From assembly GCA_015067245.1 (NCBI GenBank), contig SVMV01000001.1:1-61409 (forward strand): a stretch of DNA of 61,409 bases, given 5' to 3'. Every line of letters begins with the position of its first letter. Within the stretch, counting starts at the first letter, position 1. Of the stretch, positions 9,114 to 17,139 are shown one piece after another. This DNA is from Oscillospiraceae bacterium. Lineage in GTDB: Bacteria; Bacillota; Clostridia; Oscillospirales; Ruminococcaceae. Below the pieces are notes generated by a model, which was given only the letters and a program-made list of their open reading frames with translations, was not told where the DNA came from and ran no database searches. Made by a program: the position numbers and the translations under genes.

Positions 9114-9288
9114 TTCCTTACAGCAAACAGTTAATGCTATTCCAGGCAGCCTGTATAAAGAACACTTTAATTTGCTATATCAAAATGGTTCTTCAGTCTG
9201 CTTGGAATGGCATTTTTACTTCGCCCATCAATCTGGTTATATAAATTTCTTTTTGTTTGGTTATTTATTTATTACCAAATATACCATA

Positions 9289-9302
9289 TACTGTATACAG
9301 TA
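9289..9302. promoter_or_regulatory. perfect 14-bp palindrome, candidate GntR/MocR operator
   Basis: TACTGTA|TACAGTA lies 26 nt upstream of the ECF S-component ATG. It fits the GntR-type T.GT-N-AC.A half-site logic. Confidence 0.4.
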
Positions 9303-9327
9303 ACAAAACTTAAACGAGGATTAAAAT

Positions 9328-9891
9328 ATGAAAAAGAAAAAATTTACCGTAAAAGATCTGGCAATGGTCGGCGTTATGGCTGCTATTGTTTTTGTTGGCA
9401 ATCAGCTTCAGCTGCCTAAAATTCCTACTCCTCTTGGCCCTACACGCATTCACCTTGGCAATGTAATGTGCATTCTTGGCGGTTTGCTGTTTGGCGCAGT
9501 ACCAGGCGGCCTTGCAGCAGGCATAGGCGGCGCTATCTATGACCTTCTGGACCCATTTTATGCCAAGGAATTCTGGATTACATTTATTCTCAAATTCGGC
9601 ATGGCTTTTGTTGCTGGCCTTATCGCAAGCGGCAAAAAGACAAAATTCAAGGTTGTTGCTGCTGCTGTTATAGGTTCTTTAAGCTATGTTGTGCTTTATC
9701 TTGGCAAAACCTTTATTGTTGAATATCTTGTCATGGGCAATCCATGGCAGACAGTTGCAGGTGTGCTTATAACAAAAGGCACAACAAGCCTTATCAATGC
9801 ATTGCTTGCAATGGTTGTTTCGGTTATTCTTTACTATATGATAGAACCTGCTTTAAAACGTGCAGGCCTGCTTGATAAAAAACAACGTTAA
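9328..9891 (+). CDS. ECF transporter S-component (context suggests a vitamin-B6 vitamer)
   Basis: 187 aa with about 6 TM segments and an S-component-like N-terminus (KDLAMVGVMAAIVFVG). ACGAGGA SD. Sits between the PdxR-like regulator and the pyridoxal kinase. Confidence 0.7.
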   Translation: MKKKKFTVKDLAMVGVMAAIVFVGNQLQLPKIPTPLGPTRIHLGNVMCILGGLLFGAVPGGLAAGIGGAIYDLLDPFYAKEFWITFILKFGMAFVAGLIASGKKTKFKVVAAAVIGSLSYVVLYLGKTFIVEYLVMGNPWQTVAGVLITKGTTSLINALLAMVVSVILYYMIEPALKRAGLLDKKQR

Positions 9892-9948
9892 TATATCTTT
9901 AAACACATTACGTTTTCATCAGTATTTCCCATATAAAAGGAGTTTTTT

Positions 9949-10782
9949 ATGTCCTATCCAAGAGTTTTGACAATTCAGGATATTTCCTGCGTTGGTCAGT
10001 GTTCCCTTACCGTTGCCCTGCCTGTTATCTCTGCATGCGGCGTGGAAACCTGTATTCTTCCATCTGCCGTACTGTCCACCCACACTGGCGGTTTTAAGGG
10101 CTTTACCTTCCGCGATTTAACCGACGATATGCCCGCAATCAAAGACCACTGGGTTAAAGAAGGCATTAAATTTGATGCTATCTACAGCGGTTATCTTGGC
10201 AGCACAAAGCAGATTGACTACGTTGCAGATATATTTGGTGCCGTTGACAAAGAAACCACTTTAAAAATTGTTGACCCTGCAATGGGCGACCACGGCAGAC
10301 TTTATTATGGCTTTGACAATGAGTTTGTGCAGGCGATGAAAGAGCTGTGCAAGGTTGCTGACTATGTTATTCCAAATATTACCGAAGCTGCTTTTCTTAC
10401 CGACAGCGAATACAAAACCGATTATGACCGTCAGTACATTGACATGCTGCTGGAAAAATTCAGCGCTATGGGCTGCAAAAATATTATTATAAGCGGTGTA
10501 TCATACGATGCTGATACAACAGGTGTTGTGGTGTACAAAGACGGCGAATACAGCTATTATCAGCACAAAAAACTGCCAAAAAGCTGTCACGGAACAGGCG
10601 ATATATTTGCCAGTGCCTTTGTGGGCAGTGTGGTAAAAGGCAAAACAGTTGCTGAAGCTGCAAAGATTGCTGCCGACTATGTTGTGGAATGTATAAAAGA
10701 AACAATAAAGGACGAAAGCCACTGGTACGGTGCAAAATTTGAGCCTGTGCTTGGCAAGCTTATTGAAGCTGTCAACGGTTAA
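9949..10782 (+). CDS. pdxK: pyridoxal/pyridoxamine kinase
   Basis: MSYPRVLTIQDISCVGQCSLTVALPVISACGVETCILPSAVLSTHTGGF.. plus the C-terminal GTGDIFASAF anion-hole motif of the ribokinase-fold PdxK/PdxY family. Confidence 0.9.
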   Translation: MSYPRVLTIQDISCVGQCSLTVALPVISACGVETCILPSAVLSTHTGGFKGFTFRDLTDDMPAIKDHWVKEGIKFDAIYSGYLGSTKQIDYVADIFGAVDKETTLKIVDPAMGDHGRLYYGFDNEFVQAMKELCKVADYVIPNITEAAFLTDSEYKTDYDRQYIDMLLEKFSAMGCKNIIISGVSYDADTTGVVVYKDGEYSYYQHKKLPKSCHGTGDIFASAFVGSVVKGKTVAEAAKIAADYVVECIKETIKDESHWYGAKFEPVLGKLIEAVNG

Positions 10783-10826
10783 TGCTTAAATGTTAAACTG
10801 ATATTATTTATAATATTACTTCCTGC

Positions 10827-10864
10827 AAAAAGCTCTGCAATTTAAAACTGCAGAGCTTTTTGTT
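10827..10864 (+). terminator. intrinsic terminator of pdxK
   Basis: AAAAAGCTCTGCA (10827-10839) / TGCAGAGCTTTTT (10849-10861), plus further T residues. Confidence 0.85.
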
Positions 10865-10880
10865 TGCGCTTAATAAAAAT

Positions 10881-10963
10881 ATGTCATTCTGAGCAAAGCG
10901 AAGAATCTCTTTATCTTGTCAAACCGAGAGATTCTTCGGAGTATAAACTCCTCAGAATGACGT
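10881..10963. repeat. nested-palindrome intergenic element, copy 2 of 3
   Basis: ATGTCATTCTGAG (10881-10893) ... CGAAGAATC ... GAGATTCTTCG ... CTCAGAATGACGT (10951-10963). Lies between convergent pdxK and prfB. Confidence 0.9.
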
Positions 10964-10977
10964 TCTTTAATACATTA

Positions 10978-12096
10978 TTATTTTAAAAATTCATTTTTGC
11001 TGAGCGCTTTAAGATAAGCGTTCAAAAATCCCTGGATTTCGCCATCCATAACAGAGTCTACCCTGCCGTCTTCAAAACCTGTGCGGTGGTCTTTAACCAA
11101 AGTGTATGGCATAAATACATAACTGCGTATCTGGCTGCCCCATGCAATTTCCTTCTGCACACCTTTGATATCTTCAATCTTGTCAAGATGTTCCTGTTCT
11201 TTAATCTGTGCAAGCTTTGCACGCAGCATTTTCATACACATATCCTTGTTCTGAAACTGGCTGCGCTCGTTCTGGCAGGCAACAACAATACCTGTTGGTA
11301 TATGTGTAAGGCGCACAGCAGAAGATGTTTTGTTAACGTGCTGACCGCCTGCACCAGATGCACGGTAAACGTCCATTTTGATATCTTCTTCTCGGATAAC
11401 AATTTCTCCGTCGTCTTCAATTTCAGGCATAACTTCGCAGGAAGCAAAAGATGTGTGGCGTCTGCCCGAAGCATCAAAAGGTGATACGCGCACAAGGCGG
11501 TGAACACCGTGTTCGGCTTTAAGGAAGCCGTAGGCATTTTCCCCTTCAACCGAGAAAGAAACACTTTTTATACCAGCTTCGTCGCCTTCAAGATAATCTA
11601 TGGTTGTGGTTTTATATCCTGCTTTTGCGCAGTATTTGCCGTACATACGGAACAGCATTTCGCACCAGTCCTGGCTTTCGGTGCCGCCTGCACCAGCGTG
11701 AAGTGTGATAATTGCGCTGTTTTTATCGTATTCGCCTGTAAGCAGGTTTTTAAGGCGCAGCATCTCTATCTGTTCTGTAAGGCTGTCTGCTGTGGACACA
11801 ATATCACCTTCAAGGCTTTCGTCCTCCAGTTCTTCATACAGTTCAATCATGGCTTCAATATCGTCAACTGCCGTGATGATATCATCAACCGACTGCTTTT
11901 TATCCTTGAGCACTTTAATCTGGCTGAACACCTTTGCCTGTTTTTCTGGATTGCCCCAGAAATCAGGGTTTTGTGTGTCCACCTCCAGCTTTTCAATCTC
12001 CATTAAAATATGGTTATAGCTTACAGCATCCTTCAAATCGTCTATCTGGCCCTTTGCATCTGCTGCAATTTTTTTATAATCGTCAATTATTATCAT
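10978..12096 (-). CDS. prfB: peptide chain release factor 2 (single uninterrupted ORF)
   Basis: SPF tripeptide (VSPFDASGRRHTSF) and GGQ (ASGAGGQHVNKT). ATG 12096 follows GAGGGA. The N-terminal region (..DDLKDAVSYNHILMEIEKLE..NPDFW) is contiguous, with no in-frame stop. Confidence 0.95.
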   Translation of the reverse strand: MIIIDDYKKIAADAKGQIDDLKDAVSYNHILMEIEKLEVDTQNPDFWGNPEKQAKVFSQIKVLKDKKQSVDDIITAVDDIEAMIELYEELEDESLEGDIVSTADSLTEQIEMLRLKNLLTGEYDKNSAIITLHAGAGGTESQDWCEMLFRMYGKYCAKAGYKTTTIDYLEGDEAGIKSVSFSVEGENAYGFLKAEHGVHRLVRVSPFDASGRRHTSFASCEVMPEIEDDGEIVIREEDIKMDVYRASGAGGQHVNKTSSAVRLTHIPTGIVVACQNERSQFQNKDMCMKMLRAKLAQIKEQEHLDKIEDIKGVQKEIAWGSQIRSYVFMPYTLVKDHRTGFEDGRVDSVMDGEIQGFLNAYLKALSKNEFLK

Positions 12097-12233
12097 AATT
12101 TCCCTCAATTTTCACAAATATATACTAATATATAATATCATAATAATATTTCACAGTAAAGTTTTTTTAATCTTTACTTTTTGCGATTATTGTAATAATA
12201 TGTAATATATGTATTTATATTGGGAGTTTTTAT

Positions 12234-13136
12234 ATGATTAATTTTGTTGGTTGCACCTGTGATGTGTGCAATGAAAAATTTACAGCAGAAAGTGATATCG
12301 TTGTATGTCCTGAATGCGGTACACCGCACCACCGCGAATGTTATAAACAGACAGGTCACTGTATCAATGAAGCAAAACACAGCGAAGGCTTTGAGTGGAA
12401 AGGTCCTGAGCAGGAATTTCACTACAACGACAATCGTTGCCCAAGATGCCAGACCGAAAATCCTAAAGATGCAGTATTCTGCGAAAACTGCGGCATAGCT
12501 TTGGCTCCACAGGCAAAAGCAAATCAGTCCCATGGTCCTATTCCACCAAGCTTTGAAGATTTTAAACAGCAGCATCAGAAAACATCTGTGGTGCCCCCTG
12601 TTCTGCCAAAAGCTCTTGAGGGTGAAATTGACGGTGTAAGCTATAAGGATATTGCCATTTATGTAGGCGAAAGCGCACCTTATTATATCTATCACTTTAA
12701 AAACCTTCAGGCAAAAATCAAGCATTTTCGCCCATTCTGCTGGTCTGCATTTTTCTTTGACGGTTTTTATTACCTCTACCGCAAAATGTGGTTTGAAGCT
12801 TTGTCCATCCTTGTTATAAGCAGTATTTTTGCTGCACCAAGTATGCTTATGATGTTTACCGAAGCTGGCATAGTTGACCCTGGCATCCTTGCATCTGTAG
12901 GCAATATCGACACTCTTGTTATGATTGGCTCTGTGCTTACCTTTGCATACAAGGTATTCCTTGGCTACTGGGCAATACCAAGATACCAGAAAAAAGTATG
13001 CCGTGACCTTAAACGTTTAAAAGAACAAAGCACCAGCAACAACGATTATTATGCAACCATACTGCGAAAATCAGGTCCAAGCAAGGTTATGCTTTATATT
13101 GGTATTGCCTTTTGCATACTGTATCTTTTTATTTAA
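12234..13136 (+). CDS. membrane protein with N-terminal RING-like zinc finger, a zinc ribbon and a DUF2628-like TM region
   Basis: CDVCNEKF..VVCPECGTPHHRECY..GHC (C2-C2-H-C spacing). Second ribbon CPRCQ..FCENCG. DUF2628-like segment (WSAFFFDGFYYLYRKMW) with TM helices. GGGAG SD. Confidence 0.7.
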   Translation: MINFVGCTCDVCNEKFTAESDIVVCPECGTPHHRECYKQTGHCINEAKHSEGFEWKGPEQEFHYNDNRCPRCQTENPKDAVFCENCGIALAPQAKANQSHGPIPPSFEDFKQQHQKTSVVPPVLPKALEGEIDGVSYKDIAIYVGESAPYYIYHFKNLQAKIKHFRPFCWSAFFFDGFYYLYRKMWFEALSILVISSIFAAPSMLMMFTEAGIVDPGILASVGNIDTLVMIGSVLTFAYKVFLGYWAIPRYQKKVCRDLKRLKEQSTSNNDYYATILRKSGPSKVMLYIGIAFCILYLFI

Positions 13137-13146
13137 CCGTTTAAAG

Positions 13147-13175
13147 TAGAGGCTGTTTTTCAGTCTCTATTTTTA
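13147..13175 (+). terminator. intrinsic terminator
   Basis: TAGAGGCTG (13147-13155), loop TTTTT, CAGTCTCTA (13161-13169, one G-U pair), then TTTTT. Confidence 0.7.
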
Positions 13176-13219
13176 TCTTAAAATTTGTGCAAAAAAACAA
13201 AATTTTTTTGATAAATTTA

Positions 13220-13248
13220 TTGACTTATACAGTTTTAACTGTTATAAT
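13220..13248 (+). promoter_or_regulatory. sigma-A promoter of rpsF-ssb-rpsR
   Basis: TTGACT (13220-13225), a 17-nt spacer, then TATAAT (13243-13248). Confidence 0.7.
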
Positions 13249-13254
13249 AAATTG

Positions 13255-13318
13255 CTGACTGAGAAAGTCAGAATCCTTGCCCTGTATTAAGGCAGGGCCA
13301 ATAGTCCAGAAGGAGGTG
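13255..13318 (+). promoter_or_regulatory. structured rpsF 5' leader (candidate S6:S18 autoregulatory element)
   Basis: Two hairpins sit just before the SD: CTGACT..AGTCAG (13255-13271) and GCCCTG..CAGGGC (13279-13298). S6:S18-binding leaders upstream of rpsF are documented in Firmicutes. Not verified against a covariance model. Confidence 0.4.
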
Positions 13319-13325
13319 CAATATA

Positions 13326-13604
13326 ATGCAGAAATACGAAGCAATGGTTGTTATCAGCACAAAACAGGAAGAAGATGTAATTAAAGGTCTCGTTGAAAAA
13401 TTCACAAGCCTTATCTCCGAAAACGGTACACTTGTTTCTGTTGATGAATGGGGCAAAAAAAGACTTGCTTACATGATTAACAAAGAAACAGAAGGCTACT
13501 ATGTGCTTTACACATTTGAAGCTAAACCTGAATTCCCAGCAGAGCTCAGCCGCAGACTCAAGATCACAGAAGGTCTTCTCCGCAGCATGATTATCGCTCT
13601 TTAA
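13326..13604 (+). CDS. rpsF: 30S ribosomal protein S6
   Basis: MQKYEAMVVIS...VDEWGKKRLAY.I.K...GYYVL. GGAGG SD. Classic rpsF-ssb-rpsR order. Confidence 0.97.
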   Translation: MQKYEAMVVISTKQEEDVIKGLVEKFTSLISENGTLVSVDEWGKKRLAYMINKETEGYYVLYTFEAKPEFPAELSRRLKITEGLLRSMIIAL

Positions 13605-13619
13605 TTTAGGAGGAACAAA

Positions 13620-14084
13620 ATGAATGTTGTTTGTTTAGTTGGCAGACTTACTGCTGACCCTGAACTGCGTCAGACACCTAACGGCACAAACGTTTGCAGC
13701 TTTTCAGTTGCAGTAAACCGTGCTTTTGCAAATGCAAACGGTGAAAGACAGGCAGACTTTATCAACTGTGTGGCTTGGCGCCAGACTGCTGAATTTATCA
13801 CAAGATATTTCAGAAAAGGCCAGAACATCGGTCTTAACGGCACAATCCAGACAAGAACTTATCAGGATAAAGACACAGGCAAAAACCGCACAGCATTTGA
13901 AGTTGTTATCAACAACGCTTATTTTGTAGAAAGCAAGGGTTCTTCCCAGGGCTCCTACAACAACGGCGGTTACAGCAACTTCCAGGAAACTTCCAAACCA
14001 GCAGGAATTCCAGCATCTTTCTCCACAGGTGAGTTAGATGATTTCTCCAGCATCGCAAGTGATGACGGAGATTTACCGTTTTAA
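13620..14084 (+). CDS. ssb: single-stranded DNA-binding protein
   Basis: OB-fold N-terminus (MNVVCLVGRLTADPELRQTPNGT..), a Gly/Asn/Ser-rich linker and the acidic tail DDGDLPF. Confidence 0.97.
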   Translation: MNVVCLVGRLTADPELRQTPNGTNVCSFSVAVNRAFANANGERQADFINCVAWRQTAEFITRYFRKGQNIGLNGTIQTRTYQDKDTGKNRTAFEVVINNAYFVESKGSSQGSYNNGGYSNFQETSKPAGIPASFSTGELDDFSSIASDDGDLPF

Positions 14085-14109
14085 TTTTTAAGAAGGAGGC
14101 TTATCTACC

Positions 14110-14364
14110 ATGGAAAGAAATGATAGAGAATTTAAAGGCGGCCGTCCAGTAAGACGCAGCCGTAAAAAAGTTTGCAGCTTCTGCATGGAAAAAGCAGAAA
14201 CAATCGACTACAAAGATACAGCAAAACTCAGAAAATACATCTCTGAAAGAGGCAAAATTGTTCCAAGACGTGTAACAGGCACATGTGCACAGCACCAGAG
14301 ACACCTTACAACAGCTATCAAAAGAGCTCGTACAGTTGCTTTGCTGCCATACACAAACAACTAA
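14110..14364 (+). CDS. rpsR: 30S ribosomal protein S18
   Basis: ..KKVCSFC...IDYKD...[33 protein letters not shown]. Confidence 0.97.
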   Translation: MERNDREFKGGRPVRRSRKKVCSFCMEKAETIDYKDTAKLRKYISERGKIVPRRVTGTCAQHQRHLTTAIKRARTVALLPYTNN

Positions 14365-14392
14365 TTTGCAGCTTTGCTGAAAAGACAGTTTT

Positions 14393-14424
14393 AAAGGTCG
14401 GGATTTCCCGACCTTTTATTTTTT
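14393..14424 (+). terminator. intrinsic terminator of rpsR
   Basis: AAAGGTCGGG (14393-14402) / CCCGACCTTT (14407-14416), then TATTTTTT. Confidence 0.85.
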
Positions 14425-14455
14425 ATCTGCAAAATATTATATTTTGTTATTACAC

Positions 14456-14497
14456 AAAAAAGGTTGCCTTAAAAACGTTAAGGCAACCTTTTTATTT
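14456..14497 (-). terminator. bidirectional hairpin terminating the pseudokinase gene
   Basis: AAAAAGGTTGCCTTA / TAAGGCAACCTTTTT, with an A-run on one side and a T-run on the other. Confidence 0.8.
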
Positions 14498-14510
14498 TAT
14501 CAAAATTTTA

Positions 14511-16205
14511 TTAAGTTTCTGGCACAACTGCATCTTCCACATTTATCTCTGGTGTAGTTTCCAGGCTTATATCTGGTGTTGGCGTTGGTGTTGGCGTTGG
14601 TGTAGGTGTCGGGGTAGGTGTCGGTGTTGGTGTCGGTGTTGGTGTTGGTGTTGGTGTTGGCGTTGGCGTAGGACTTGGCTTTGGTGTTGCAAAAGGTTTG
14701 TCATTTGCAACATAAACAACCAACACAGTATCCTTGCCTATCTCCTGCCCTTCACCTATGCTTAACTGAGCAACCATACCTGATACAAACTCTCTGGTCT
14801 GGTCAACATATTCCACTGTATATGCTATACCTGCCGCATCCAGCTTTTCCGCTGCATCGTTTATGCTTATACCAATAATATCTGCAGGCACATACAAAGC
14901 TTTTGGCCCCATGCTTACTGTAAGGTATACTGTTATACCTGCTGTCACCTGCGTGTTTTTATCTGGAGACTGCTGGCAGATTTTGCCAGCTGCATAGGTA
15001 TCGCTGTAAGCCTCCAGTTTAACAAAAGTATAGTCTTTCTGATAATTGCTGTCGGCAATTACTTCGGCATAATCTCTGCCCACGAAGTTTGGCAACGTAT
15101 TTAATTCTTCCTGCTGAGAGAATATTGTTTCACCTTCACTGTAAGGGTCTTGTGTTTCAGAGTTTTCTTCCCCTATATTTTTAAAAGCAAGCAAAAGAAC
15201 AACAACCGCAGCAACCGCAACTGCCATATACATTGCAGCTTTTTTATAATCTTTTTCTTTTGCTTTTTCAGGTTTGCTTTTTACTACAACACCTTTATCA
15301 TCCAGCATCATAACAAAATCGCTTACTTTATCAAGACGCTCTTTTGGATTTTCTTTGGTTGCATATTTCAAAGCTTCCACTGCATGCTTTGGAAAAAGAC
15401 GATATATATCCTTGCTTTCAAAAGCAGTTTTATCAAGATGTTTGCCCGTAACCGAATAATAAATCAGACAGGCAAGGGCATATACATCGGTATAAATATC
15501 CTGAAACCTGTCAGAATAATACTGCTCAGGCGCAGAAAAACCTTCAAAAAGCTTGTATGCAATATGTTCATTTTTTGTGCGCAGGTCCTGGATTGCAAAG
15601 CCTGTAAGTGCAAGGGTGTTGTCTGGTGTAATGATAATTGTTTCATCACTTATGCCGCCATGATGTATATTCAGCTTTGACATTTCGTGCAGCAGCTGAA
15701 AAACAGGCTGCAGCATCCAGCGGATTTCTTTAAATGTGTACGGTTTACCCCTTTTAATAAGCACATCTTTAAGGGGAACACCTTTGATATTTTCTGTCAC
15801 TGCATAGGCTGTTTTGTTTGCAACAACCAGGTCCAGTACCTTTGGCATTGCTGTACTGTTTATATTCTGCATGGTTCTGTACAGTTCTATAAAATCGTAA
15901 AGCAGATTTTTAAACAGAACCTGTTTATTCTCCTGAACAAGAACTTCGTTGCCAACGCGCGGCGCCACCAAAGTTACAGGCAAAAATTCCTTTACAAAAA
16001 CTTTTTGCTGTGTATCGGTGTCAAAAGCAATATATGTTGTGCTTTCACCATCTATTGAAAACACATCACCTATAACATAGTTTTTAAGCTTTGTTCCATA
16101 GGAAAGAGTGCCGGGTATGGTTTCTTTCCCTTTTTGAAAAAATCCACACCAGACACATTTTTCTTGGTTATTTAATTGTCCGTTACAAAATATACATTCA
16201 GACAT
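14511..16205 (-). CDS. membrane PASTA-domain protein with a catalytically dead Hanks-type kinase (pseudokinase) domain, N-terminal zinc ribbon and C-terminal (PT)n tail
   Basis: CIFCNG-x10-CVWCG ribbon. Kinase-fold landmarks are retained (VFVKEF, SAPEQ, DVYALACLIYYSVTG), but HRDxKxxN reads HGGISDET and DFG reads GFA. One TM (AAMYMAVAVAAVVVLLLAF) and two PASTA-like units (LPNFVGRDY..; VPADIIGISINDAAEKLDAAGI..). Confidence 0.85.
   Translation of the reverse strand: MSECIFCNGQLNNQEKCVWCGFFQKGKETIPGTLSYGTKLKNYVIGDVFSIDGESTTYIAFDTDTQQKVFVKEFLPVTLVAPRVGNEVLVQENKQVLFKNLLYDFIELYRTMQNINSTAMPKVLDLVVANKTAYAVTENIKGVPLKDVLIKRGKPYTFKEIRWMLQPVFQLLHEMSKLNIHHGGISDETIIITPDNTLALTGFAIQDLRTKNEHIAYKLFEGFSAPEQYYSDRFQDIYTDVYALACLIYYSVTGKHLDKTAFESKDIYRLFPKHAVEALKYATKENPKERLDKVSDFVMMLDDKGVVVKSKPEKAKEKDYKKAAMYMAVAVAAVVVLLLAFKNIGEENSETQDPYSEGETIFSQQEELNTLPNFVGRDYAEVIADSNYQKDYTFVKLEAYSDTYAAGKICQQSPDKNTQVTAGITVYLTVSMGPKALYVPADIIGISINDAAEKLDAAGIAYTVEYVDQTREFVSGMVAQLSIGEGQEIGKDTVLVVYVANDKPFATPKPSPTPTPTPTPTPTPTPTPTPTPTPTPTPTPTPTPDISLETTPEINVEDAVVPET
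14573..14676 (-). repeat. imperfect hexanucleotide tandem repeat encoding about 16 Pro-Thr dipeptides
   Basis: Plus strand reads GGTGTT/GGCGTT/GGTGTC repeated. On the coding strand this is (CCN ACN)n, giving ..PSPTPTPTPT...TPD at the protein C-terminus. Confidence 0.9.
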
Positions 16206-16222
16206 TAAATATCTCCTGCCTA

Positions 16223-16966
16223 TTAAAGTTCAGGCAAATCCTCTGTATTTTCAAGGTTGTTCCAAACATTCTGAACATCATCATCTTCATCAAGAGCGTC
16301 AAAGAACAGTGCAAGTTTGCGCAGTGCTTCTTCGTCATCAACTCTTGTGTAGTTGTTTGGCACCTGGCTTGCTTCAGCACTTGTTACATTATAGCCCATT
16401 TCGCGCAGTGCATTTGCAACATTGCCAACCTGAGATGGGTCAGTTTCAAATTCAATAACGCCGTCTTCTTCAAAGGAAACATCGTTTGCGCCTGCTTCCA
16501 TGCAAGCTTCAAGTGCTTTTTCTTCATCAACATTTTCTTCTTCACAAACGATAACGCCTTTTTCTTCAAACATAAAGGAAACGCAGCCGCTTGTGCCAAG
16601 GTTACCGCCAAATTTGTCAAAGTAGTGGCGAACATTGGAAGCTGTTCTGTTTCTGTTGTCAGAAAGGCATTCTACGATAACTGCTATACCGCTATGACCG
16701 TAGCCTTCATATACAATGCTTTCGTATGCTGTTTTGTCGTCACCTTCTGCTTTTTTGATTGCACGCATAAGGTTGTCCTGTGGCACGTTTGCCGCACGGC
16801 CTTTTGCAAGCAGGTCACGCAGACGGGAGTTGTTGTTTGGATCTGTGCCGCCTTCTTTAACTGCAACAGAGATTTCTCTTGCAAGTTTTGTAAAAACCTT
16901 TGCTCTTGCAGCGTCGTTAGCGCCTTTTTTTCTTTTAATTGTACTCCACTTGGAATGTCCTGACAT
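16223..16966 (-). CDS. YebC/PmpR family DNA-binding regulator
   Basis: MSGHSKWSTIKRKKGANDAARAKVFTKLAREISVAVKEGG.DP..N.RLR. The stop lies 17 nt before the pseudokinase start, so co-transcription is likely. Confidence 0.95.
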   Translation of the reverse strand: MSGHSKWSTIKRKKGANDAARAKVFTKLAREISVAVKEGGTDPNNNSRLRDLLAKGRAANVPQDNLMRAIKKAEGDDKTAYESIVYEGYGHSGIAVIVECLSDNRNRTASNVRHYFDKFGGNLGTSGCVSFMFEEKGVIVCEEENVDEEKALEACMEAGANDVSFEEDGVIEFETDPSQVGNVANALREMGYNVTSAEASQVPNNYTRVDDEEALRKLALFFDALDEDDDVQNVWNNLENTEDLPEL

Positions 16967-17139
16967 TTTGAGTATCTCCTATATTATAAAATTTAATACA
17001 TTATTATTTATAGCTCAATAGCTATATGCCAACTTATATATTATCACACTTTTTTACAAATGGCAATTATTTATGTGTCTGTTATGAATATTTTTTGCCA
17101 TACTGTTTATAATAAAACCAGGAAAGGAGTGTTTATACT

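Noticed and set aside
9114-9288. I considered a possible frameshifted continuation of the MocR gene. The +1 frame reads SLQQTVNAIPGS..CLEWHFYF.
   Set aside because: The resemblance to the MocR C-terminal subdomain is too weak to assert by eye, and the stretch runs into the AT-rich promoter region. I mention it only as a caveat in the MocR finding.
11990-12096. I looked for the programmed +1 frameshift site (CUU UGA C) near codon 25 of prfB.
   Set aside because: The N-terminal region aligns with RF2 in a single uninterrupted frame (..LKDAVSYNHILMEIEKLE..), with no in-frame stop. This RF2 belongs to the minority without autoregulatory frameshifting, which is known biology and not an anomaly.
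14573-14676. I checked the tandem repeats here and at 44101-44196 as possible CRISPR or satellite arrays.
   Set aside because: Both lie in frame inside long ORFs and encode (PT)n and (AEEAVEET)n. There are no spacer-like unique segments and no cas genes.
16091-16963. A 290-aa plus-strand ORF overlaps yebC.
   Set aside because: It is antisense to a highly conserved YebC sequence, with junk-like composition.
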